Below, one piece after another: positions 1 through 7,040 of a DNA stretch of 11,595 nucleotides. The notes beneath the pieces were generated by a model, which did not search any database, was not told the origin of the DNA, and was given only the letters and a program-made list of their open reading frames with translations. Source of the DNA: Candidatus Micrarchaeia archaeon. Its GTDB lineage: Archaea; Micrarchaeota; Micrarchaeia; CAILAH01. The number at the start of each line of letters is the position of its first letter. Within the stretch, counting starts at the first letter, position 1. Location of the stretch: contig JBMFNT010000024.1 of the NCBI GenBank assembly GCA_049970015.1, positions 1-11,595 on the forward strand. Direction: 5' to 3'. The position numbers were made by a program, and so were the translations under genes.

Positions 1-139
1 CCTAACGGGCTTAGGAGTTCAATGAGCCCCTTTTTCTCTTAGAAAGAGAAAAAGGCCCTCGGGGTCAAAAAGAGAACACATTACCAGCAGCATTTCTCTC
101 TAAAACTCGAAAAGGCTTGACCAAATCTCCTCCTCGGCG
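1..139 (+). tRNA. 3' part of an intron-containing type II tRNA, probably tRNA-Ser (5' half and anticodon lie outside the window)
   Basis: Variable arm (..)CC-TAAC-GGGC at 1-10; T-stem AGGAG (13-17) / CTCCT (127-131); joining 22 to 125 gives the canonical T-loop TTCAAAT; acceptor 3' strand CCTCGGC (132-138) and discriminator G139. A long variable arm plus G73 and an implied GCCGAGG 5' end are typical of archaeal tRNA-Ser. No encoded CCA. Anticodon not visible. Confidence 0.85.
23..124 (+). other. 102-nt tRNA intron at non-canonical position 58/59 (T-loop) with a relaxed bulge-helix-bulge motif
   Basis: Outer helix G14-T128, G15-C127, A16-T126; central helix GTTC(17-20)/GACC(119-122) with one T.C mismatch; bulges AA^T (21-23) and AA^A (123-125); intron helix GAGCC(24-28)/GGCTT(114-118). 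Cutting after the second base of each bulge regenerates TTCAAAT. Confidence 0.8.
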
Positions 140-152
140 TTTCCTATTTTTT
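140..152 (+). terminator. T-rich archaeal terminator-like tract after the tRNA
   Basis: TTTCCTATTTTTT directly follows G139 and abuts the stop codon of the convergent ZIP gene. Confidence 0.5.
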
Positions 153-930
153 AACCGCCAATTGCAACTTTCATATAATACATTAACCAAATACCAATCA
201 CTACGGCCACAAGTTGCATTACTGATATCACAGGTTTTCTTTCCTTATGTAATTCTGGTACGAGGTCAACCGCTGCAATATAGATGAAGCCGCCTGCGGC
301 TATGGGGAGAAGCAGACTCGTAAGGTTTGCAATATTTATTAGAAATATGTATGTGATGATAGCACCGATTACGGAAATAAGCCCGGAAAGCAGGTTATAG
401 AAAAGTGCCTTCTTTTTTTCAAGGCCACTGTGTACAAGAACACCGAAGTCACCTATTTCTTGAGGTATCTCGTGCAGTACTATGGCAATCGTACTCGCAA
501 TGCCAACTTGTATGTTTGTCATGAATGCGGCAGCGATTACTGCACCATCCATAAAGTTGTGTATTCCATCACCAATTAAGTTGAGGTATGCTACGGGCAG
601 CACTTTGTTTTTTGCTGTGGTCTCTTTGTGCTCAACATTGTGTATCTCACACTCATTATCATGGCAGTGCCTCCAATGTAGGAATTTCTCCACAATAAAG
701 AATAGCATGAATCCTATAGACACAAGTACAAATACAGACAGGGCATCCATCTCAGCAAGTGCCTCGGGTAGTAGATGGAACAGCGCACCGCCAAGCATCC
801 CACCCACAGCAAACGCCACAAGGAACACAAGCATTTTCTTTAATGTGTTTTCCTTTATGCTTAGAAAAACCACACCTGAGAGTGATAACAAGCTGACTGC
901 AATGGTTGAGGATATTATCCATTCAAGCAT
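151..930 (-). CDS. zupT: ZIP (ZupT/Zrt/Irt) family divalent metal transporter
   Basis: About 8 TM helices; His-rich loop HWRHCHDNECEIH; TM4 GDGIHNFMDG and TM5 LHEIPQEIGD signature motifs; SD AGGTGG 6 nt before the ATG. Confidence 0.93.
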   Translation of the reverse strand: MLEWIISSTIAVSLLSLSGVVFLSIKENTLKKMLVFLVAFAVGGMLGGALFHLLPEALAEMDALSVFVLVSIGFMLFFIVEKFLHWRHCHDNECEIHNVEHKETTAKNKVLPVAYLNLIGDGIHNFMDGAVIAAAFMTNIQVGIASTIAIVLHEIPQEIGDFGVLVHSGLEKKKALFYNLLSGLISVIGAIITYIFLINIANLTSLLLPIAAGGFIYIAAVDLVPELHKERKPVISVMQLVAVVIGIWLMYYMKVAIGG

Positions 931-1010
931 TATAATCCACCTTCATCCATCATTAAGCATATACTATTTTAAACTCTTACCACACAACTTAAGCATAGGG
1001 GTGTTATAAG
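931..1010. promoter_or_regulatory. Divergent promoter region between ZIP and GT2, with a central TATA-like box and an SD on each strand
   Basis: TTTTAAA at 967-973 lies midway between the two starts; SD AGGTGG on the minus strand (937-942) and GGGGTG on the plus strand (998-1003). Confidence 0.55.
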
Positions 1011-2333
1011 TTGGGTAAGAATATAAGAACAGCCAATAAAAGACCTCTATTGTTTTTGGCATTTCTACTCATTACTATTGTGATTGCGTATTACTCATTC
1101 AGGACGATTGGTTACTACTGGACTGTGCTCATACCAAATGTGCTCCTTCTCTATGTAACAACAGTATTGCTTATCGTATATATTGAAAATGGGTTCAGAT
1201 ACGACAAACCCCCACAGGTTAAGAATCTACCCCCAGTTACAGTAATAATTCCATCATACAATTGCAAGGACTTGATTGGCAAAACTATTGAGTCGGTTAA
1301 ATCTTCAGATTACCCAAACAAGATAGAGATAATTGTGGTTGATGACGGGAGCACTGATGGGACACGTGATTACCTAAAAGGTATTAAGGGGATAAGGCTC
1401 ATACTGAAAGAGAAGAACGAGGGGAAGGCAGAAGCACTGAACTATGGAGTGAAAATTGCAAAGAATGATTATGTGTTCTGCATAGATTCCGATTCCTATG
1501 TATCAAAAAACGCATTGAGAGATATGGTTAGCAAGATGGTTGCAGATAAAAAGATAGGTGCAGTTACCTGCTTCGTCAAAGTCTCAAATAACAAAACACT
1601 CCTTGGAAAAGTGCAGGAGATAGAGTATTTTGTTGGGTTTGGGTTCTCATCCATCACAAACTACCTGCTTGATGCAATTTTTGTTACTCCTGGCCCAATG
1701 ACGCTGTTCAGGAAGGAGGCATTGCTTGAGGTCGGGTTGTTTGACACTAACAACATAACAGAGGATCTTGAGATGGCATGGCGTCTCAGGAAGAATGGGT
1801 ATAAGATAAGCTATGCATATGAGGCAGTTGTTTACACGGTCGTGCCAGAGACATTTAGTGCACTGTGGAGGCAAAGGACGCGATGGTACCGTGGGAAGCT
1901 ATTTAACATATGTAAGCATAATGATATGCTCCTAAACCCGAGCTATGGCCATTTTGGAATGTTTGTAATGCCATTCTCACTTGCAAGCGAGCTTGCAGCG
2001 ATGGGTACTATATATTTCCTTGCATACATGGTAATCTACACTGGATTGTGGAATGCACAGCTGATTTCAACATATATTAGCGCAAACAGCCTAACGCTAG
2101 CAAATGTTATTACTGGGATGTTTGGGTCTATGGCAGGGATATTTATGTTTCTGATTGTGACAATCCCATGGATGTATGCAATTATTGTAAGTCATAAGCT
2201 CGGCAACAAGAAGCTTGCGATCACAGATATGCCAGCAATGTTATTCTTTATATTTATATACAGTATATTCCTTTCACTTGTCTATGTGTACAGTCTGTTC
2301 AAAGAGATTTACAGGGGTGACTATATATGGTAA
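1011..2333 (+). CDS. Processive family 2 glycosyltransferase (PgaC/IcaA/CesA-like), membrane-embedded
   Basis: Two N-terminal and about three C-terminal TM segments; motifs IIPSYN, VVDDGSTD, GKAEALN, IDSD (DxD), ITEDL, QRTRW (QxxRW). TTG start preceded by SD GGGGTG. Confidence 0.92.
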   Translation: MGKNIRTANKRPLLFLAFLLITIVIAYYSFRTIGYYWTVLIPNVLLLYVTTVLLIVYIENGFRYDKPPQVKNLPPVTVIIPSYNCKDLIGKTIESVKSSDYPNKIEIIVVDDGSTDGTRDYLKGIKGIRLILKEKNEGKAEALNYGVKIAKNDYVFCIDSDSYVSKNALRDMVSKMVADKKIGAVTCFVKVSNNKTLLGKVQEIEYFVGFGFSSITNYLLDAIFVTPGPMTLFRKEALLEVGLFDTNNITEDLEMAWRLRKNGYKISYAYEAVVYTVVPETFSALWRQRTRWYRGKLFNICKHNDMLLNPSYGHFGMFVMPFSLASELAAMGTIYFLAYMVIYTGLWNAQLISTYISANSLTLANVITGMFGSMAGIFMFLIVTIPWMYAIIVSHKLGNKKLAITDMPAMLFFIFIYSIFLSLVYVYSLFKEIYRGDYIW

Positions 2334-2977
2334 GGAATGATATATTTATCAAAGGTGCAATCATTACAGCAGTTCTGCTGCTATTCTCAATCATTGTTGG
2401 AAATTATGTTGAGGGAATGGCATATGTACGGATGGATGATGCACTCATCAGAATTAATGAAAACAACGAGGCAGTGTTCATAATACAATCATATGCTGAT
2501 GAAAATGATACGCGCTTGTGTGATATGATTAAACAGCAAATAAACTCAATCAACAGCAATATATATACACTCAGGGAGGAGGTCGAGGCGCAGAAAGTCA
2601 CGAGTGTGCTCAATAACTATGATACGCTCAGGCGCAAATATTTTCTGTCAAACGCACGTCTGCTTGCATTCACAAAACAGTACATAAAAAGGTGCGGGGC
2701 AGATGATCAGATCATATTATTCTTTTATACAAGTGAGAAAGAATGCCCTGAATGTTATGCACAAGGAAGAATCCTTGATGAAGTAAGAAATAGGTGCAAT
2801 AACATAAAAGTGTTCTCATTCCCTGTTGATGTAGATATGCCAATCATTAAATCGTTTATGGCATTCTATGGGGTTGAGAAGTCGCCATCTCTGGTCATAG
2901 ATATGCAGGGGCAGGATATCGTGTTTGATAAGGTTACAAGTGCAAATGATATAATCAAGGCTACGGGTTGTAAATGA
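2327..2977 (+). CDS. Membrane-anchored protein with a coiled-coil stalk and a C-terminal thioredoxin-like CxxC domain
   Basis: N-terminal hydrophobic anchor; helical segment with a Cys pair; ILFFYTSEKECPECYAQG (beta strand followed by CxxC); YGVEKSPSLVI cis-Pro-loop-like motif; SD GGGGTGA 6 nt before the ATG; overlaps the GT2 stop. Confidence 0.75.
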   Translation: MVRNDIFIKGAIITAVLLLFSIIVGNYVEGMAYVRMDDALIRINENNEAVFIIQSYADENDTRLCDMIKQQINSINSNIYTLREEVEAQKVTSVLNNYDTLRRKYFLSNARLLAFTKQYIKRCGADDQIILFFYTSEKECPECYAQGRILDEVRNRCNNIKVFSFPVDVDMPIIKSFMAFYGVEKSPSLVIDMQGQDIVFDKVTSANDIIKATGCK

Positions 2978-2983
2978 TGGGAG

Positions 2984-4315
2984 GTGGATGGAATAACCGA
3001 AATAGACCTTGGAAGAAGGCTCAGGAATGCACTTTCCGCATTTACAGGGAAAGTGCTCATAGATGAGAAAGCAGTCAAAGATCTTGTTAAGGAGTTGCAG
3101 AGAACGCTGATAAGTGCGGATGTGGACGTTCATTTGGTGCTCCAGATTACAAAGGAGATAGAAAAGAAAGCATTAGAGTTGGAAGAGAGGAAAGAGCTCA
3201 ATGCACGTGAGCAGATAGTGCACCTAGTTTATGATAAGCTTGTTGAGATGCTTGGGGAAAGCTATGAACCTGAGATTAAGAGCAAAAAAATACTTTTGAT
3301 GGGGTTGTATGGCTCTGGAAAAACTACCACTGCTGCAAAGCTTGGCAAGTTCTACAAAGGGAAAGGGCTCAAGGTCCTTGTGGTGTGTGCAGATGTGGAC
3401 AGGCCTGCAGCATATGAACAGCTTGAACAGCTGTGCAGCAAGGCAGGGTTGAGATTCTACGGTGAAAAAGAATCAAAAAATTCCTCATCAATAGTAAAAA
3501 ATGCGCTTGAGAAAAGTGCCGGGTATGATGTGATAATTGTTGATTCTTCAGGCAGGAGTGCGCTTGATGAGAAGCTGACAGAAGAGCTGAAGGCCATAGT
3601 TGATGTTCTAAATCCCGATGAGAAGTTGCTTGTGCTAAGTGCCGATATCGGCCAGGTTGCCAGCAAACAGGCATCAGCGTTTAATGAAAGTGTAGGAATA
3701 GATGGAATAATAGTTACTAAAGCAGAGGGGAGTGCAAAGGCAGGGGGCGCACTCAGTGCAGCACATGCTGCAAACGCAAGGGTACTATTCATTGGGACTG
3801 GTGAGCATTTAGATGACTTTAGAACATATGATAGCAAGAAGTATGTTGCAAAACTTCTCGGTTTTCCAGACCTGGAGGCATTGCTCGGCAAGGTTAAGGC
3901 AATTGAGGCAGAGATGAATATTGACACAAAAAAAGTCATTGAGGAAAAGCTTACAATGGAAACATTCCTTGAGCAGATAAAGGCTGCAAAGAAAATGGGG
4001 CCATTGAAAGATATCTTTTCCATGATGGGCGCACCAGATTTACCTGAGGAGATGCTCCATCAGGGAGAAGATAAGATGAAGAAGTTTGAGGCAATCATAA
4101 ACTCAATGACACCAGAAGAGAGGAAAAATCCAGAGCTGCTCAAGAAAGGCAATAGGATTGCAAGGATTGCAAAAGGCTCAGGTACGGACGTTGCAACTGT
4201 GAGAGAGCTATTGAGACAGTTTGATGTGATAAGCAAGATGATGAGTGGATTTAAGAGAGATAGGGGAATGCGCAAGAGGCTTGAAAGATTTATGAAGGGA
4301 GGGTTCAGGTTTTAG
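2984..4315 (+). CDS. srp54: Signal recognition particle protein SRP54 (exact start uncertain, see findings)
   Basis: N domain LISADVD; G1 GLYGSGKTTT; DVDRPAAYEQL; GSAKAGGALSA; FIGTGE; Met-rich M domain with IINSMTPEER and RIARIAKGSG. Confidence 0.96.
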   Translation: MDGITEIDLGRRLRNALSAFTGKVLIDEKAVKDLVKELQRTLISADVDVHLVLQITKEIEKKALELEERKELNAREQIVHLVYDKLVEMLGESYEPEIKSKKILLMGLYGSGKTTTAAKLGKFYKGKGLKVLVVCADVDRPAAYEQLEQLCSKAGLRFYGEKESKNSSSIVKNALEKSAGYDVIIVDSSGRSALDEKLTEELKAIVDVLNPDEKLLVLSADIGQVASKQASAFNESVGIDGIIVTKAEGSAKAGGALSAAHAANARVLFIGTGEHLDDFRTYDSKKYVAKLLGFPDLEALLGKVKAIEAEMNIDTKKVIEEKLTMETFLEQIKAAKKMGPLKDIFSMMGAPDLPEEMLHQGEDKMKKFEAIINSMTPEERKNPELLKKGNRIARIAKGSGTDVATVRELLRQFDVISKMMSGFKRDRGMRKRLERFMKGGFRF

Positions 4316-4784
4316 GGCCTATTTCAATAAAATCCAACCCTTTGAGGTGGTATAACCCACTGCTTCTTCGTCGTATTACAGAATTAACAACCTCACCAAC
4401 AAAAAATGTGTGGTCGCCAACATCAATCTCTTTTATAACTCTACATTCTATGCTTGCAGGGGAATCACTAACAAGAACAGTCAGCTTGCCTTCCTCCTTG
4501 CCTAAACCAGCAATGCGGAATTTGTCAATATCTTTCCCGCTCTTTGTACCACAGATTATCATCTTTTCTTTCATTTCCGGTGAGACAAGATTGATGGCGA
4601 ATGATTTTGAATGTACTATTAATGAGTGTGTAAATCGCTTTTTACCTACTGCAACACCAAAAAGTTTTGGCTCAAAGGAAAGCGGCGTGCACCAATCTGC
4701 AGCCATAACAGATTCCTTTTCACCATACCTTGCACTTATGAGCAATGTTCTGATTGGGTATAACAGATGGTAGAGGTCTTCCAT
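4305..4784 (-). CDS. Flavin reductase-like FMN-binding protein (flavoredoxin / DIM6-NTAB family), 159 aa
   Basis: Motifs LLYP..TLLISA, MAADW.TPLSFEP, CGTKSGKDIDKF, IECRV, GDHTFFVGEV. Start moved from the track's 4922 to the ATG at 4784, which sits about 22 nt from a TATA box and avoids overlap with the divergent gene. Confidence 0.9.
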   Translation of the reverse strand: MEDLYHLLYPIRTLLISARYGEKESVMAADWCTPLSFEPKLFGVAVGKKRFTHSLIVHSKSFAINLVSPEMKEKMIICGTKSGKDIDKFRIAGLGKEEGKLTVLVSDSPASIECRVIKEIDVGDHTFFVGEVVNSVIRRRSSGLYHLKGLDFIEIGPKT

Positions 4785-4834
4785 GTTGATATATCTTGAG
4801 AAATGTTTATATATCAGAACTGCCATATACTTAC
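4785..4834. promoter_or_regulatory. Compact bidirectional promoter with a single TATA element
   Basis: TTTATATA at 4806-4813 reads TATATAAA on the minus strand; ATGs at 4784 (-) and 4835 (+) are each 22 nt from the box; no SD on either side. Confidence 0.65.
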
Positions 4835-5179
4835 ATGGCAAAACTATCTGAGTGGAGACCCAGAATAGCAGATTATGAACCAAGCATATCACAGCCAAAA
4901 ATACCTTTGTGCAACGGCGCAAGAAATGTGCAAAACAATAATGCTCAGTGGGGGAGGTATCTTAAGGATGAAAAAAGAATTGACTTAACATTCTATGAGC
5001 AGATTACATACAAAAGATACAAAGATAAGGAATGGTATAACAGGGTCTTGAAAAATGGATGGCCGGGCGTGAAAGGTGAGGTAAGGCTTGGCAGGCCAGT
5101 AATTAATGAATGGGGAGAGGTAATCGTAATCATATTGAATGAGAAAAATTATCCAAAGGTTGAAGTACTAAAGGCTTAG
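4835..5179 (+). CDS. Hypothetical protein, 114 aa
   Basis: Fills the gap between two confident genes, stops 1 nt from the convergent Kef stop codon, has an ATG at leaderless distance from a TATA box, and has normal K/E-rich composition. No family recognised. Confidence 0.7.
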   Translation: MAKLSEWRPRIADYEPSISQPKIPLCNGARNVQNNNAQWGRYLKDEKRIDLTFYEQITYKRYKDKEWYNRVLKNGWPGVKGEVRLGRPVINEWGEVIVIILNEKNYPKVEVLKA

Positions 5180-5180
5180 C

Positions 5181-6896
5181 TCAACTGTGTTTATAATCAA
5201 CAACTGGGTGCTCGTGGCCTAGTTTTTTCCTTATGTACAAGTTCTTTAACTGCTTCTTTCCTTCCTTTGCAAACGATTCCTTATCAAGGCCGTAAAGGGT
5301 TATGAGAGAAGATACATACTCTCCACCCAAAAAGTGTGGCATTACTACATAGGTTGCCCCATTCTTGTAAAGCTCGATTGCATCATCTATATGGTGAGAA
5401 ACTACTATGACACCAATGTTCTTATTCTCTGACCTTGCCTTTTGGAGTAGAAGAAGGTTTGTATCGAGTGATGGTATTGTTGAGACAATAAAAGATACTC
5501 TAGAAAGATTGAGATCATCTAACAGCTCGATATCGTTTGCATCACCATATATGCACGGTATCCTTTTTCTAGTCAGGTCTGCTATTACATCAGGGTTATA
5601 ATCTACAACAAGGTAATTTTTCTTTAGTTTACCGAACGCATCAACAATGGAATATCCAATCCTATTATACCCAAAAAGGATCACATCATACTGTTTTTTC
5701 TTGGTCATCACTTCTTTCGTATCAACAGTCCTCTTTCTCTCGAATATACTGAGAAAGCCAGATATGAATGGATAAATCTTGTTTGAGTAAAGTATGAAGT
5801 AAGTAGAGCCAGCAATCGTTATTATGCCAACACCTGTGACCAATGACAAAATGCCTGATGAGAGATGACCTACCTTAACACCCAGTGCCACAAGTATTAA
5901 TGAAAACTCGCTAATCTGTGCAGTTGCAAGCCCTGCCAAAAAGCTAGTCCTTTTTGTATATCCAAGAATACCCATAAGTATTATCACAATGAGTGGGTTG
6001 CCCACTAATACAAAAAATGATAGCACTGCTATCTGATATGCATATTGGTTTATATCAGTAAATATCATCTGCGCTCCAAGCTGCATAAAAAACATAACTA
6101 TGAAGAAATCACGGAGTACGCGCATCTTTGAACCGATCTCGTGCCTGTAAGGTGATGAGGAAAGGGTTATGCCAGCAAGCAGTGCGCCTATCTCCGCAGA
6201 AAAGCCAACCATACTAAATGCTAATGATAATAATACACACCAAGCGATTGAGAACAAAAGAAGCATTTCCTGTGATTTTGCAATAAGCCTTGTAAACAAT
6301 GGCAGGAGACGGATGCCCACCAGGTAGAGTGCAACAAGCAGTGCTGATGAAATGCTGAAATTGATTACAAAATCAAGTATGCTTGCACCTCTAGAAAAAG
6401 AGGTTATTGCCATGAGGATCAGTACGGCAACAATGTCCTGCACGATAAGAAATCCAATTGCAATACGCCCGTACAATGTGTCCAGGTCTCCCTTGTCCGC
6501 AAGCAATTTCATTATTATAATAGTGCTGCTGAAAGTAAGTGCAACTGCAATATACAGCGATTCAACAGGTGGAAATCCTAAACCTACTGATATCAGGTAT
6601 CCCACAAGTGATGTAAATATTATTTGGCCAAGGCCAGTAACTACAGCTACCTTGCCCACCTCACGTGTAACCTCAATATTCAGGTTAAGGCCAACAGTAA
6701 AAAGAAGGAATGCAACCCCTATGCTTGCAAAACCAGCTATGCTCTCCATATGTTCCATACCCAGGAAGTATGGGCCTATGAAAACGCCTGCCAGTATATA
6801 TCCTATTATGAGAGGTTGTCTAAAGAGCCTTAATATGAATGATGTAATGAGCGCAATTATGAGAAACAAGGACAAATCTACAAATATCTGTTCCAT
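5181..6896 (-). CDS. Kef-type cation:proton antiporter (CPA2) with a C-terminal KTN/TrkA-N domain
   Basis: About 12-13 TM helices; RQPLIIGYILAG, LTFSSTIIIMKLL, GFLIVQD, QISEFSLIL; KTN domain VILFGYNRIG...VVDYNP...YGDA...GATYVVMP. Start is either ATG 6896 or GTG 6899. Confidence 0.93.
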   Translation of the reverse strand: MEQIFVDLSLFLIIALITSFILRLFRQPLIIGYILAGVFIGPYFLGMEHMESIAGFASIGVAFLLFTVGLNLNIEVTREVGKVAVVTGLGQIIFTSLVGYLISVGLGFPPVESLYIAVALTFSSTIIIMKLLADKGDLDTLYGRIAIGFLIVQDIVAVLILMAITSFSRGASILDFVINFSISSALLVALYLVGIRLLPLFTRLIAKSQEMLLLFSIAWCVLLSLAFSMVGFSAEIGALLAGITLSSSPYRHEIGSKMRVLRDFFIVMFFMQLGAQMIFTDINQYAYQIAVLSFFVLVGNPLIVIILMGILGYTKRTSFLAGLATAQISEFSLILVALGVKVGHLSSGILSLVTGVGIITIAGSTYFILYSNKIYPFISGFLSIFERKRTVDTKEVMTKKKQYDVILFGYNRIGYSIVDAFGKLKKNYLVVDYNPDVIADLTRKRIPCIYGDANDIELLDDLNLSRVSFIVSTIPSLDTNLLLLQKARSENKNIGVIVVSHHIDDAIELYKNGATYVVMPHFLGGEYVSSLITLYGLDKESFAKEGKKQLKNLYIRKKLGHEHPVVDYKHS

Positions 6897-6916
6897 CACA
6901 AGAATATGGTCATTAA

Positions 6917-6926
6917 GTATAAAAAA
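6917..6926 (-). promoter_or_regulatory. TATA box of the Kef antiporter gene (probably a leaderless mRNA)
   Basis: Minus-strand TTTTTTATAC ends about 21 nt before the ATG at 6896; no SD present. Confidence 0.55.
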
Positions 6927-6941
6927 TTAAGCGAATTTTTG

Positions 6942-7006
6942 GGCTCAGAAGTTACTCCGGAAGTCATGGCACTTTCGTGCTCTTCTGGGGTGGTATCCTC
7001 ATCGCC
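6942..7006 (-). ncRNA. Box C/D 2'-O-methylation guide sRNA (double guide, probable 23S rRNA targets)
   Basis: Minus strand reads GGCGATGA-GGATACCACCC-CAGA-AGA-GCACGAAAGTGC-CATGA-CTTCCGGAGTAACTT-CTGA-GCC. This gives C box GCGATGA (6999-7005), D' CAGA (6984-6987), a GAAA tetraloop hairpin, degenerate C' GCCATGA (6964-6970), D box CTGA (6945-6948) and terminal GGC/GCC. The D guide is complementary to the conserved 23S motif AAGTTAC(T/C)CCGGGG. Confidence 0.85.
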
Positions 7007-7028
7007 TAATCTAATCTTGAGAATGCTA

Positions 7029-7038
7029 TGTATAAAAA
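7029..7038 (-). promoter_or_regulatory. TATA box for the C/D sRNA
   Basis: Minus-strand TTTTTATACA lies about 23-25 nt upstream of the G at 7006 that begins the sRNA. Confidence 0.65.
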
Positions 7039-7040
7039 CA

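Noticed and set aside
29..55. 12-bp hairpin as a rho-independent terminator
   Set aside because: It lies inside the tRNA intron, has no following U-tract, and the context is archaeal.
59..113. Intron hairpin as an H/ACA or C/D guide RNA, or a nested BHB intron
   Set aside because: No K-turn/K-loop GA pairs, no ACA box, no RTGATGA or CTGA boxes, and the A-rich internal loop cannot form a 4-bp central helix.
482..1009. Antisense or alternate-frame ORFs (482-1009, 3457-4023, 4342-4773, 6352-6930, 8839-9231, 10297-10800 and others)
   Set aside because: Shadow frames of well-supported genes; their His/Gln-rich composition simply mirrors Cys/Val/Leu codons.
4785..4922. N-terminal extensions given by the ORF track for the flavin reductase (from 4922) and the ORFan (from 4796)
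   Set aside because: They overlap each other and the TATA box; family similarity begins at MEDLY (4784).
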